64,000 nucleotides of DNA from contig JBLWTJ010000001.1 in the NCBI GenBank assembly GCA_048270185.1, positions 1,440,001 through 1,504,000 of the forward strand, given 5' to 3'. Position 1 is the first letter of the stretch. Each line of letters starts with the position of its first letter. This document shows positions 50,829 through 61,359 of the stretch, in pieces. Both the position numbers and the translations under genes were made by a program. Origin of the DNA: Bacteriovoracaceae bacterium (GTDB taxonomy: Bacteria; Bdellovibrionota; Bacteriovoracia; Bacteriovoracales; Bacteriovoracaceae). The notes under the pieces are model-generated. The model searched no databases and was not told where the DNA came from. It was given only the letters and a program-made list of their open reading frames with translations.

Positions 50829-52661
50829 ATGAAAACACTCATCTTGTCACTATTGGCCGCTCATGCACTGGCAACTGAAATTCCTTTTTCAAAGGAATCT
50901 TATGTTATTAAGCAGGCTTCTCAAGCAAGGGCCACATATGAATATGAAGAAGATGAGTATGGACGCCTCCAAAATAAGAGGTGGTATGAACTTGACTGGT
51001 ACGATCTTCAAGGTGATTTTCAGACTGACTTCATTGAGTATGCCATCCAACATAAAGGCCAAACATTTAATGAGGCCAAAATAAATTATTACAAACAATT
51101 TAATTTCTCTAAAGAGGGCCGCTACCACTTAGCTGATCAAATGCCTTTAAAAGAATGGGGCTTCTTAAACCACCCCCCACAACATAAGAAACTTAAAGAT
51201 CTTGAATTCTTTTCAAGAAATTATGCTCCAATGAACTTTTCTGAAGTGAATCACCCTTTCTTTGAGACAGGCTTTCAAAAGGAAATGGACAAAGTTTCTA
51301 AATCGCAGTTAACTTTTGGTAACAAGATTACGATTCTAGAAAATACAAATTCATACTTAAAGAAGCTTGAGCTAATTAATGAAGCGAGAAAAGAGATTCT
51401 TATGTCTTCTCTTAGTTTTGTTTGCGACGCTTCAGTAAAGAAGTTAGTTTCCAATTTAATTGCAGCAAAAAATAGAGGGGTCAAAGTCTATGTAATGGAC
51501 GACTACCTCATGTCAAAATTATTAGGTCATAGTAAATGTCCTAAAAAACTCAAAAAAAATGGTGTTCAAATCATTCGCGCCAACGACTTCTGGAGGCATG
51601 AAGGACGTACAGTTTATCATCATAAGAAATTAGTTATCGATGGCAAAATTGCTATTGTCGGTGGACAAAATCAACTCAATGCTGACAACCTTTCAAAAGG
51701 AACTGACTTTAAAAATAAAGATGTTGATATTTTAATTGAAGGACCTATGGTGACAGATATTGCCATCGGTTTTTTAAAAGACTGGCAGTACTTTAAGAAA
51801 AAGAAAACAAGACCTATTAGAAATAGCCGTGGAAATATTATTACTTATACAGGAAAGAAAATTCATAACCTTGAAGAAACTCTTAAGTCTTATGAAGAAA
51901 GACAATTACAAGAAGAGGACAATAACCTAAGAGGTGAAGCACAGTATGATGCAATTTTAGGTAATACACAAACACGTATGAATGGCGTTTGTCGCTTTAT
52001 TCAACAATCACCATATGAAAACCAACGTAATGTTGGTGAAGCATATCTTCTCGCTCTAAAGCACACAGCTAATTACTTAGGAATAATGGACCCAATAAGA
52101 AGTGATACTTACTACCCTTCTGTATTCAAAAATGCTCCATTGATTGAGAAATTTGACAGCTTTAAGATGTTTAATAAACTTCATCATAAAATTGCCCAGA
52201 TGCAAAAAGATGGTATTGCATTAGATTTCATTACGACAGGAACAGATATGACAGGTAATGAAATTGTTGATCTAAAAAATGAAGAAATAAGAGACATTAT
52301 AATTGATACAACTATTAGCGATAAGAAACAAAGAAAGCTAATTAAAAAGAAACTTAAAAGTATCAAGAAGTGGAACGACTACTTTGGAGAAGCTCATTTT
52401 ACTAATCTTATAAAAGATTATGCTAAGTATGAATCAACAAATGTATGGCTACACTTAAGCTTCCTTCATTCAAAAATATTCTATTTTGATCGATTACTTT
52501 CAAGTATTGGTAGCTATAATTTTCAACATAATGCCACTGATCACTCTTATGAAAACACAATCTTATGCCTAGATGAGAAATTAAATAAGGCCCTTGATGA
52601 AGTCTTTGTACGTGATATGGTTAACTCAGTTCCACTAAAATTTAATAAAATAGTTGAATAG
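50829..52661 (+). CDS. Secreted phospholipase D superfamily protein
   Basis: Signal peptide; two HKD motifs (HKKLVIDG...GG.N; HSKIFYFD...GSYN). Confidence 0.88.
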   Translation: MKTLILSLLAAHALATEIPFSKESYVIKQASQARATYEYEEDEYGRLQNKRWYELDWYDLQGDFQTDFIEYAIQHKGQTFNEAKINYYKQFNFSKEGRYHLADQMPLKEWGFLNHPPQHKKLKDLEFFSRNYAPMNFSEVNHPFFETGFQKEMDKVSKSQLTFGNKITILENTNSYLKKLELINEARKEILMSSLSFVCDASVKKLVSNLIAAKNRGVKVYVMDDYLMSKLLGHSKCPKKLKKNGVQIIRANDFWRHEGRTVYHHKKLVIDGKIAIVGGQNQLNADNLSKGTDFKNKDVDILIEGPMVTDIAIGFLKDWQYFKKKKTRPIRNSRGNIITYTGKKIHNLEETLKSYEERQLQEEDNNLRGEAQYDAILGNTQTRMNGVCRFIQQSPYENQRNVGEAYLLALKHTANYLGIMDPIRSDTYYPSVFKNAPLIEKFDSFKMFNKLHHKIAQMQKDGIALDFITTGTDMTGNEIVDLKNEEIRDIIIDTTISDKKQRKLIKKKLKSIKKWNDYFGEAHFTNLIKDYAKYESTNVWLHLSFLHSKIFYFDRLLSSIGSYNFQHNATDHSYENTILCLDEKLNKALDEVFVRDMVNSVPLKFNKIVE

Positions 52662-52668
52662 CCGATAA
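52642..52668 (+). promoter_or_regulatory. Putative sigma28 promoter
   Basis: TTAA-N15-GCCGATAA overlapping the PLD stop codon. Confidence 0.55.
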
Positions 52669-52699
52669 GTTAAATGATTTAACTTTTTGGGGACGAGCT

Positions 52700-53251
52700 A
52701 TGAGTTTTATTAAAGCTTCAAAATTCATCATTCTATGTTTATTTATGGCGAGTATTTCTGCTTCAGAAATGACAGTTAAGCTAAGTAAGAGCTTCTTTCC
52801 AAAGAAAGATATAATCATAGATGCAGACTCTCCTGATAGAATTATTGTCGAATACGATCTTATGTACTCAATAAGTGATGGATGTGCTGCCGATGTCGTA
52901 ACCGTCTATAAACTAGGTGGTTGCCCATTTAAGAAGTACAAGACGATCAGAGAAGATGGTAAGTATATCGTTGAAATTGATCAATCTAGCGCTCGAAAGG
53001 GAAAAGGCGCTCAAACATTGAGACTATCAATAAAGCAAAAGAAAAAAGATTCTTACAAGACAGTTCCCGTTGTCACAATCCTTGATGGTAATGAAGATAA
53101 GCAAGAATTAAAGAAGCCATTCTTTGGAAAAAAGAGAGTTATCCTAAAATCAAGAGACCATGTCGTTAATGAGGATCAAAAGAATCAAAAAACTCAAATC
53201 GGATCAAAAAACGATGAGAGCACGAGTGGCCCTAAGTCTAACCAACAGTAA
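52700..53251 (+). CDS. Secreted hypothetical protein
   Basis: Signal peptide (ISA); one Cys pair in the mature part; polar low-complexity tail. Confidence 0.7.
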   Translation: MSFIKASKFIILCLFMASISASEMTVKLSKSFFPKKDIIIDADSPDRIIVEYDLMYSISDGCAADVVTVYKLGGCPFKKYKTIREDGKYIVEIDQSSARKGKGAQTLRLSIKQKKKDSYKTVPVVTILDGNEDKQELKKPFFGKKRVILKSRDHVVNEDQKNQKTQIGSKNDESTSGPKSNQQ

Positions 53252-53281
53252 TTACGTCAAAAAACACTCAAACAAAAAAGC

Positions 53282-53309
53282 TCAAGTATTTGCGTACTTT
53301 TACCGATAA
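53282..53309 (+). promoter_or_regulatory. Putative sigma28 promoter
   Basis: TCAAG-N15-ACCGATAA. Confidence 0.55.
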
Positions 53310-53339
53310 ATTAAGAGAAACGAGAGAAAGGGTATTACC

Positions 53340-54401
53340 GTGTTAAGTTTAAAATTCAAATCATTTGGTATTGTTAGCTTAGGCCTGGCAATCATTTTAT
53401 CCCAAAATACTAATGCTGGAGACAAAGAGATTCTAGCTCAAATAGCTGAAGGATATGAGTTTTCAGAACAACTTGTCCATGGTTCACAGGTAGCTGTTCT
53501 TGAATCGAAAGCTTATACGCAAGCTTATCATCAGAGTTTAAGGATTGCTGTGAAATCGAGAATTCTAGAGGAAGTTTCTCCATATTTTGAGAGACGAAAT
53601 CAATTGATGAAAAATGGTGTTGTTCCAAATGTACCAAAGATGAAAAAAGAAATCCTTGAAATCAATAAGAAGATCGAAGAGTTTCGTGACAAAGAATACA
53701 TAACAAAGCTCTACATTGAAGAGCAAGAAAAGTATGCAAAGGATGAAAGTAACTACTGTCATGATCTCAAGCAAGTAACTCTAAGGGCCATTGAAGATGG
53801 TAAAACTATTACTCGATGTATTACAGCTATTGATGCTAAGAAAATTATCGAGGCCGTCAATGAAGACCCGAGTACAGTTGCTAGTTTAGGAGTTAAGTTT
53901 ACTCCATCACAAAAGCCTCAGGAAGTAGTTCGAAAGCTTTACTACTGCTATAAGCGAGAAGTAAGTATTCTTGGTAAGTCTAAGTCTTGTAGCTTAAGGC
54001 AATTTGATCTATCTGATAAAGAACTTGAAGAAGTTGGTAAAGAGAATTGCTACCCAGTTGATAATCGCTATAAAAAAGTAGAAGGTGATGGCTACTCAAC
54101 AATGTCAGCTCTTAGATCAAAATGTGTCGATGAGATCTGTACTAACCCTTCTGAACAAATTAACTATGAGAACTTCAAACTTATCAGCTTTATCGACCTT
54201 GATCCAAAAAGTTGTGTTGCAGATAACAGTAACTCACGAGTCTGTGCACAGACATATACATGTCAAAACAAAACTTATCAGGTTACGTGTGAGTTTGATA
54301 AAGAAGAATATAATGGAAATAATAAATGTAATGTAATAGACATCAACAAATCAACGATGATCAATAAGTGTCGCATTGTTGAGTTAGGAACGGAGGTTTA
54401 A
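53340..54401 (+). CDS. Secreted Cys-rich hypothetical protein
   Basis: GTG start; signal peptide; many cysteines in the C-terminal two-thirds. Confidence 0.72.
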   Translation: MLSLKFKSFGIVSLGLAIILSQNTNAGDKEILAQIAEGYEFSEQLVHGSQVAVLESKAYTQAYHQSLRIAVKSRILEEVSPYFERRNQLMKNGVVPNVPKMKKEILEINKKIEEFRDKEYITKLYIEEQEKYAKDESNYCHDLKQVTLRAIEDGKTITRCITAIDAKKIIEAVNEDPSTVASLGVKFTPSQKPQEVVRKLYYCYKREVSILGKSKSCSLRQFDLSDKELEEVGKENCYPVDNRYKKVEGDGYSTMSALRSKCVDEICTNPSEQINYENFKLISFIDLDPKSCVADNSNSRVCAQTYTCQNKTYQVTCEFDKEEYNGNNKCNVIDINKSTMINKCRIVELGTEV

Positions 54402-54402
54402 G

Positions 54403-55761
54403 ATGAGACTTATTATATCACTCCTATTCGTTTTAAACTCATTTGCTTTTGTTGTACCTAAAGTTTATAACTCAGGAAAACTAGTTGATATTGGAAAGGA
54501 CTACTATCTTATCCAAACAAAGAGTAAAGAATTAATCAAGGTTAAGCCATTCCTTGATAAGCCAAAAGTTGGCCTTATTGTCAGCTACCCTATTTCAGAA
54601 GATGATATTTCGGTGGAACCAGATTTTCTTTTTGAGTCAGCGACTAAAATGGTTTCAAATAATAAGTACACTTCAGATATTATTGAGGCTTATTTAAAAA
54701 CACTTGCTGAAGTTTCAAAGAATGGACTTTATAAAACAGAAAGTGTTCCTAACGGGAATCTCTATTCTTTAAACTTTTTAAATATTCTTGATTCGATAAT
54801 CCCAGAAGCATGCGCTGACGGACAGGAATGTAATAATATGTGCTACTTTGGAGGTTGGCCTTCAACAAGAAAAGGTAGCTACTGTCAGGCTCCTTGGAAA
54901 ACAAGTAAATCATCAAAGGTTCAGGCCATTGATAAGGAAGTATACTCGAGTGAATTTAGCTGTGGAGGAAAAAATCGCTTCAGATGTAATCCAAAGATCT
55001 TTGGAACTTATGATTCTGTTTTAGATCCTTTGAGCTATGTCGATACAAAGAAATCAAAAGCAAATGGAAATAAAGGTATCTGTGTAAAAGCATCACCTAC
55101 GTATGCACACGTAACAGCTCAATGTTTAGAGGCCACATCAAAGATTCCTAATTTTAAAGAATCTCTAAAAGATAGATATAACGACAATAAAGAAGTTTTT
55201 GAAAAGTTGATCGATAATGTTAATTGTTTCTGTGGCGCAAAGGGTACTGATAAGAAAGCATTTAGCTGTAATGCACTTAAATCTAGACTTGCTACAATAT
55301 TCGAAAAGCCAGCACCAAAGCAGGAACCAGTAAAGGTTGAAAGACCTAAGGTGAAGCCAATTGTTAAGCTAAAACCGATGCCGGCAATTCCAATTCCTAG
55401 AGATGATGATGGAAAAGAGGAAAAGAAGAATTTAATTATTCCCCCAAAGCCAGCTAAAGTTATTGTTCAGGAAGAAAAGCCACTTCCTGAGAATTTAATT
55501 TACTATAATTGTGATTTTGAACAGACTGAAAGTCTCTTTGAAGGAAAGAATGCTAATTGTGCAAACAAAGGCGTTTGTCTTAAGAAATTAGTTTGTGGTG
55601 CATATTCACAGAAAACGAAGAAGTTTGATGTAAAGACCAAGCTACTAGCCTACTGTCCTTGTGATGAAAAAGAAGCATCCAAATGTGCCAACGCAATTGC
55701 AGATGAAAATATCATCCGCTCAAGAGAGAGTGATTCAGATACTAAATCGTCAGATAAATAA
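54403..55761 (+). CDS. Secreted Cys-rich hypothetical protein with Pro/Lys linker
   Basis: Signal peptide (SFA); CYFGGWPS...CNPKIFG...GICV domain; Pro-rich linker; C-terminal Cys module. Confidence 0.75.
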   Translation: MRLIISLLFVLNSFAFVVPKVYNSGKLVDIGKDYYLIQTKSKELIKVKPFLDKPKVGLIVSYPISEDDISVEPDFLFESATKMVSNNKYTSDIIEAYLKTLAEVSKNGLYKTESVPNGNLYSLNFLNILDSIIPEACADGQECNNMCYFGGWPSTRKGSYCQAPWKTSKSSKVQAIDKEVYSSEFSCGGKNRFRCNPKIFGTYDSVLDPLSYVDTKKSKANGNKGICVKASPTYAHVTAQCLEATSKIPNFKESLKDRYNDNKEVFEKLIDNVNCFCGAKGTDKKAFSCNALKSRLATIFEKPAPKQEPVKVERPKVKPIVKLKPMPAIPIPRDDDGKEEKKNLIIPPKPAKVIVQEEKPLPENLIYYNCDFEQTESLFEGKNANCANKGVCLKKLVCGAYSQKTKKFDVKTKLLAYCPCDEKEASKCANAIADENIIRSRESDSDTKSSDK

Positions 55762-57504
55762 TTAAAGTAATTCTAATAATTCATCTATCTTTGCATTAAC
55801 AAGTTCGAGCTCATGGCCCGCGCTTGTTATTGCATCGGTATCTCCGACTGCTGAAGCATTTTGAATTTTATCTTGTAATATTCCTTGATATTTTTCCAAA
55901 GTTTCAATTTGGGCCATAATCTCTTCTTCTTTGTATCGATTTGTCGATTCAGCTTTTTCCTTTTCATCTACCCTAGGTGCCGGCTTTGGTGGCGCAACTT
56001 TCTTTGGTGCTTTATCAACAACATCTTCTTCCCAACCAATCTTTTCTAGGAATTCATCATAAGTACCCTCAAAGTATTGTGCCTCATCGCTTTTGAAGAT
56101 CACTAGTTTATTTACACATTGGCGTAGAAGGTCCTCATTGTGGGTAACAATGAGACACGCACCATCATAATTATTAATGGCCTCCCCCAGAGACACAATC
56201 GACTCCATATCAAGGTGGTTGGTTGGCTCATCAAGGAAAAGTAAATTTGTCTTTTTTGCTAGAATTTTTCCAAGCATGACTCGGGCCTTCTCTCCCCCTG
56301 ATAAAACAGAGATTTTCTTATCTGAGTCTTCCCCAGTAAAGAGCATTGTCCCTGCAATGGCCTTTACTCTCGTAATCGATAGATCTGTATTCACCTCTTG
56401 AATTTCTTGGGCAATATTATTATCAGGATGAAGGCGGGCCACATTTGTTTGCCCAAAGTGCCCTAGTGACAGACTAGGGTGTTCCCAAATCTCCCCAGTT
56501 CGCTCTTTTAATTCATGAGAAAGGACATTGAGTAGCGTTGATTTTCCCTTACCATTTTTTCCAATAATTCCAATTCGATCTTCACGATCAACTTCAAATG
56601 AAACCCCTTCAAATAAATTTTGATCGGTGTACCCAAAGCTTAGATTACTTACCTTCATAATCTGCTTACCTGGACATGGAGTATGTTGAAATGAAAAGTC
56701 GAGATCAGCAATTTTATCTAATTGCTTCATATCCTGCATTTTTTCGATAGCCTTTAGACGAGACTGAGCCTGAGAAGCTCCTCGTGCACTAACTCGATAC
56801 TTATCAACATAGTCCATCATATGCTTAATTTTCTTTTCTTGATTTTGACGAGTCTGTTCGTAAATAATCTCATCTTGTTCAAGCTGCTCGTAATACTTTC
56901 TAGTCTGCCCTTTTATTTTTCTCAGTTTTCCACGGTGGACACCCATTGTATGAGTTGTCACTGAATCCATAAATGAGCGATCGTGAGTAATAATAATCAC
57001 TTCACCTTGAAAAGAGCGAAGAAAGCCTCTAAGCCAAACAAGGGAGACAATATCGAGGTAATTTGTTGGCTCATCAAGAAGTAGGCAGTTTGGCTCGGTG
57101 AGCAGTGTCTTAACTAAATTAATTCTAATTTGGTAGCCACCTGAAAAACTTAAGGGGCTTTTAGTGAAATCATCATCACTAAAGCCAAGGCCTGTCAGTA
57201 ATTTCTCTGCACGATAAGTCTCATATTCATACTCTTTTCCCAGAGCAGACATACATTCATCAATCACAGTGTCTTTTGAAAACTGTATATGCTGGTCTAA
57301 CGTGCCGATTTTATAGCTTTTAGGGATCTTGACCTCACCATTATCGTAATTCTCGACGCCAGTAATGACCTTAAATAAAGTCGATTTACCGGTACCGTTG
57401 CGTCCCACTAGGCCGATTCTTTCACCATTATTGAGGGAGAAAGTCACATCTTCAAAAAGCGTTCGGCCACCAAAAGATTTAGTTACATTTACAAGCTGAA
57501 TCAT
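55762..57504 (-). CDS. ABC-F family ATP-binding protein
   Basis: Two ABC domains (GRNGTGKST/FSGG/LLLDEPTN; GKNGKGKST/LSGGE/FLDEPTNHLD); no TM. Confidence 0.93.
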   Translation of the reverse strand: MIQLVNVTKSFGGRTLFEDVTFSLNNGERIGLVGRNGTGKSTLFKVITGVENYDNGEVKIPKSYKIGTLDQHIQFSKDTVIDECMSALGKEYEYETYRAEKLLTGLGFSDDDFTKSPLSFSGGYQIRINLVKTLLTEPNCLLLDEPTNYLDIVSLVWLRGFLRSFQGEVIIITHDRSFMDSVTTHTMGVHRGKLRKIKGQTRKYYEQLEQDEIIYEQTRQNQEKKIKHMMDYVDKYRVSARGASQAQSRLKAIEKMQDMKQLDKIADLDFSFQHTPCPGKQIMKVSNLSFGYTDQNLFEGVSFEVDREDRIGIIGKNGKGKSTLLNVLSHELKERTGEIWEHPSLSLGHFGQTNVARLHPDNNIAQEIQEVNTDLSITRVKAIAGTMLFTGEDSDKKISVLSGGEKARVMLGKILAKKTNLLFLDEPTNHLDMESIVSLGEAINNYDGACLIVTHNEDLLRQCVNKLVIFKSDEAQYFEGTYDEFLEKIGWEEDVVDKAPKKVAPPKPAPRVDEKEKAESTNRYKEEEIMAQIETLEKYQGILQDKIQNASAVGDTDAITSAGHELELVNAKIDELLELL

Positions 57505-57569
57505 ATATATTGTGTAGCAAATAAATTCATTAATAGAAAGCAGATTAGACAGACAAGAAAGGGCACAAA

Positions 57570-59408
57570 ATGAGTCAATTTGAGAAATTAAAAAACATCG
57601 CAGTAGTTGCGCACGTTGACCACGGTAAAACGACGATGGTTGATGAAATCCTTAAGCAATCGAATACTTTTGACGAGCGTGCAGAAGTTGAAGAAAGAGT
57701 GATGGATTCAGGAGAAATCGAAAAGGAACGTGGGATTACAATCACTGCAAAGAACTGTTCTTTCTTCTACAAAGATACAAAAATTAACCTACTTGATACT
57801 CCAGGCCACGCGGACTTTGGTGGAGAGGTAGAAAGATCACTAATGATGGTCGATGGTGTACTTCTTCTAGTTGATGCTTCAGAAGGCCCTCTTCCACAAA
57901 CTCGTTTCGTACTTAGAAAAGCTCTATCTCGTGGACTAAAGGTTGCCGTTATTATCAATAAGGTTGACCGTCCAGACCAAAGAATTGAAGAAGTTAAAGG
58001 TGAATGTGAAGACCTACTGCTTGAAATTGCAACAGAACTTGAAGTTGAAGACTTTGATATTGATATTCCATTTATCTATGCATCAGCTAAGAATGGTTGG
58101 GCAGCAATGGAGCCAGGTGTTGTTAGAGAAGATATGATTCCTGTTCTTGATTTCATGGTTTCTGACTACTTCCCAGAACCAGAGCGCGATGCTGAGGCAC
58201 CATTACAACTTCTTGTATCAAACCTTACATACTCAAAATTCCTAGGACAACAATTCGTAGGTCGTATCCACAAAGGTAAGATTGTTAAGAATCAACAATT
58301 CACATGTATTGGTGATGGAAAAACAAAGAACTTTAAAGTTTCAAATATTCAAACTTACTCAGGACTTCAAACAGTTGAAGTTGATGAAGCCGTTGCTGGT
58401 GAAATCGTTATCTGTGCAGGTATTGAAGATGTTCATATTGGAGATACAATCACTCCAACTTCTGCTCAAAATCCACTAGAAAGAATTGAAGTAGAACCTC
58501 CAACAGTTGCCGTAAACGTTTCTGTTTCAACAAGTCCTATGAGCGGACAAGAAGGTGAATACCTAACTTCAAGAAAACTTGAAGAATTCTTACAAGATGC
58601 TTGTCGTCTAAACGTTGCTCTTCAATATGAAGCAACTGACGATGCAAAAGTATATAAACTGAAAGGCCGTGGAGAGCTTCAGATCGCTATCGTATTCGAA
58701 GAGCTAAGACGTAAAGGCTTCGAGCTCATGGTTTCAAGACCAGAAGTTCTATTCCAAGAAATCGATGGGCAGAAGCAAGAGCCATACGAGCTTGCAGTTC
58801 TAGATGTACCAGAAGACTTTACAGGTGTTGTAACTGAAAAGCTTTCAATCAGAAAAGGGATCATGTCTTCAATGATGCCAATTGGTGAAGGCCGTACAAG
58901 AATTGAATTTGAAATCCCATCACGTGGTCTAATTGGTTACCGTGGTGCTTTTATGACAGATACTCGTGGAGAAGGAATCCTTTCAACTGAGTTCCTAGGT
59001 TACCGTCCATACGCAGGTGATATGCTTGCTCGTCAAAACGGTGCCATTATCTCAGATAGAGCAGGAAAAGTTACTGGATACGCTATCTTTAACCTACTTA
59101 ACAACGGTGAGTTCTTTGTTGAACCAGGTGATATGGTTTACGAAGGTATGGTTATCGGTGAAAGTAAGAAAGAAAACGATGCAAACGTAAATATCTGTCG
59201 TGGAAAGCAATTAACTTCAGTACGTACTGCAGGTAAAGATGAGAATATCATTCTTCCACCAGTAAGACCGAGAACACTTGAATGGGCCCTAGATTGGATT
59301 GATAATGATGAGTGGGTTGAAGTAACTCCTCAAAATATCCGCGTTAGAAAGAAAGAACTAGCTGCCAACAAACGCTCAGTTGTTCGTAAAGAAAAGAAAA
59401 AAGACTAA
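57570..59408 (+). CDS. typA: Translational GTPase TypA/BipA
   Basis: [49 protein letters not shown]. Confidence 0.97.
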   Translation: MSQFEKLKNIAVVAHVDHGKTTMVDEILKQSNTFDERAEVEERVMDSGEIEKERGITITAKNCSFFYKDTKINLLDTPGHADFGGEVERSLMMVDGVLLLVDASEGPLPQTRFVLRKALSRGLKVAVIINKVDRPDQRIEEVKGECEDLLLEIATELEVEDFDIDIPFIYASAKNGWAAMEPGVVREDMIPVLDFMVSDYFPEPERDAEAPLQLLVSNLTYSKFLGQQFVGRIHKGKIVKNQQFTCIGDGKTKNFKVSNIQTYSGLQTVEVDEAVAGEIVICAGIEDVHIGDTITPTSAQNPLERIEVEPPTVAVNVSVSTSPMSGQEGEYLTSRKLEEFLQDACRLNVALQYEATDDAKVYKLKGRGELQIAIVFEELRRKGFELMVSRPEVLFQEIDGQKQEPYELAVLDVPEDFTGVVTEKLSIRKGIMSSMMPIGEGRTRIEFEIPSRGLIGYRGAFMTDTRGEGILSTEFLGYRPYAGDMLARQNGAIISDRAGKVTGYAIFNLLNNGEFFVEPGDMVYEGMVIGESKKENDANVNICRGKQLTSVRTAGKDENIILPPVRPRTLEWALDWIDNDEWVEVTPQNIRVRKKELAANKRSVVRKEKKKD

Positions 59409-59416
59409 AGAATACA

Positions 59417-59442
59417 GGCCCCTTAACTCAGTTTAAGGGGCC
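59417..59442 (+). terminator. Hairpin after typA
   Basis: GGCCCCTTAA-6nt-TTAAGGGGCC perfect 10-bp stem; no clear U-tract. Confidence 0.6.
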
Positions 59443-59600
59443 AATCCTACCTTTGAAATGCACCTCTAAGTGCTTATAATTAAAAGTATTTTAAAAAATT
59501 ATCTCTAACAACGCCCCGTGCTTATAGTTAACTTATTGACTTTTTTCTTAGTATTCTTATAAAATCAATATGTTATAAATGAAAACTAAAGAAGTGTAGC

Positions 59601-60302
59601 ATGACAAGAGCTAGTAAACATCCAAAGCCCCACGTTACAATTGTTGATGATGACTTTGAAAACCTCGAAAACTACCAAGATCTACTCGAAGATGATTTTG
59701 ATCTTGAACTAATTCAAAATCCTCTCGAGCTTCTAACGTTTCTAAATACGAATAAAACTGACATCATGGTCCTCGACCTACATATGCCAGAAGTAAATGG
59801 TTTTGAATTACTTCAAAAGGCACAATTACTTGCTCCACGTACACCAATCATCTTTTTAACAGGAGACCCTTCAGAGGAAGCCTGTGTTAAAGGACTGGAT
59901 CTTGGTGCACAAGACTTTATCGTAAAACCGGTATCAATTAACGAGCTAATCGCTAGAATTAAAAATAAAGTCGAAGCAAAGAAATCAAGACATCGTCGTA
60001 AAAAGAAAAATGAAATAAAATTTGAAGATCATAATTTTGCGATCAATCTCGACCAACAAAATGTCGTTTTAAATGGTAAAGAGATTAAACTGACTACAAC
60101 AGAGTATCGTATCATTACACTACTTGCTTCAAATCCGAATAAGATCTTTAGTCGAGACCATATTTCGCAAGTCGTATGGGCCGACACAGACGTTAATTCG
60201 CAGAATATTGATACCCATTTATCAAATCTAAGAAGAAAGATTAAGCCATTTTCAGACTATATCAAAACGATTAAGTCTCGTGGCGTTCTACTAAGACTTT
60301 AG
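59601..60302 (+). CDS. OmpR-family response regulator (orphan)
   Basis: IVDDD, LDLHMP..NG, FLTG, GAQDFI.KP; winged helix LT.TE, ID.H.SNLRRK. Confidence 0.92.
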   Translation: MTRASKHPKPHVTIVDDDFENLENYQDLLEDDFDLELIQNPLELLTFLNTNKTDIMVLDLHMPEVNGFELLQKAQLLAPRTPIIFLTGDPSEEACVKGLDLGAQDFIVKPVSINELIARIKNKVEAKKSRHRRKKKNEIKFEDHNFAINLDQQNVVLNGKEIKLTTTEYRIITLLASNPNKIFSRDHISQVVWADTDVNSQNIDTHLSNLRRKIKPFSDYIKTIKSRGVLLRL

Positions 60303-61352
60303 TATCTCTTCTAGAATAATATCTGTCGCATGTTCTCGATCTTGAGGAATTGCAGCCTCTGGAATTTTCTTTAACTCAGAAATAAGATCAATATTCTCAA
60401 ATTGTGACTCTTCAATAACAAGAGAACCAATTAAGCGATTGGCCTCCATTGCGTTATGGTATTGTTCATTCTTTTGAGCAATCTTTAATGGAATAAATAG
60501 ACTAGGCTTACCAAGACTAATTAACTCAGCAACTGTTCCAGCTCCTGAACGCGAAAGGATATACTTTGATGCCTTCATTAAGTCAGGCATCTCATCCCCT
60601 AGAAACGCAACTGGCTTATAGTACTCACCTTTAAGTTTACTATACTCATCAATATACTGACTTCCGACTTGATGGATAACAATATACTCAGCGCATAGCT
60701 TATCAAGATTTTCTTTGATCTTATCATTTAATAACTTAGAACCATTCCCTCCTCCTGTTACAAAGAAGATTGGTCGTTTAGCCGTTTTTAATTCAACACC
60801 TTCAAAATTTAAGTTTTCAAATTGTGTCGTTTTAAATTCATCCCTTACCGGGTAACCAGAGTAACGAACTTTATCTTTAGGAAAGAACTTTAGAGAATCT
60901 TTAAAACTGACAAAGACAGTCTTTGCAAAAATTGAAGCAATTTTATTGGCAAGTCCAACACGTGAAGTTTGTTCGTGAACAATAATTTTGTAACCTAGGA
61001 GTTTTCCTGCAATAACAGTAGGAACACTAACAAACCCCCCCATTGAAACAATGACATTTGAGCTAAACCTTAGCCTTGATAGATAGAAGAAGCATTGGAT
61101 AAGGCCTATGGCCAAACGAAAAATATCAGTAATATTTTGAAGGTCTATATAACGACGAAGCTTACCAGTTGAAACGGCAAAATATCGATCAACCTTTCCT
61201 TGTGTCAGTTTTGATTCAATTCCTTTGTAAGATCCAAAGTAATATATTCGAGTATGCTTTTGTCTTAATTTGGCGATTAGAGTTAGTGCAGGAACAACAT
61301 GCCCCCCACTTCCTCCACCAGTAAAGATGACGGCCTTCTTTTGCTTTTTCAT
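60291..61352 (-). CDS. murG: Undecaprenyl-PP-MurNAc-pentapeptide GlcNAc transferase
   Basis: TGGGSGGHV.P, GGFVS.P, HEQ, G.PVR, GGG.GS, SRSGA.T..E, Q..NA. Confidence 0.9.
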   Translation of the reverse strand: MKKQKKAVIFTGGGSGGHVVPALTLIAKLRQKHTRIYYFGSYKGIESKLTQGKVDRYFAVSTGKLRRYIDLQNITDIFRLAIGLIQCFFYLSRLRFSSNVIVSMGGFVSVPTVIAGKLLGYKIIVHEQTSRVGLANKIASIFAKTVFVSFKDSLKFFPKDKVRYSGYPVRDEFKTTQFENLNFEGVELKTAKRPIFFVTGGGNGSKLLNDKIKENLDKLCAEYIVIHQVGSQYIDEYSKLKGEYYKPVAFLGDEMPDLMKASKYILSRSGAGTVAELISLGKPSLFIPLKIAQKNEQYHNAMEANRLIGSLVIEESQFENIDLISELKKIPEAAIPQDREHATDIILEEILKS

Positions 61353-61359
61353 GTTTTAA

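Noticed and set aside
59555..59580. dif-like site (TATGTTATAAAT)
   Set aside because: Poor match to the XerD arm and no XerC arm; more likely AT-rich promoter or IHF-like sequence.
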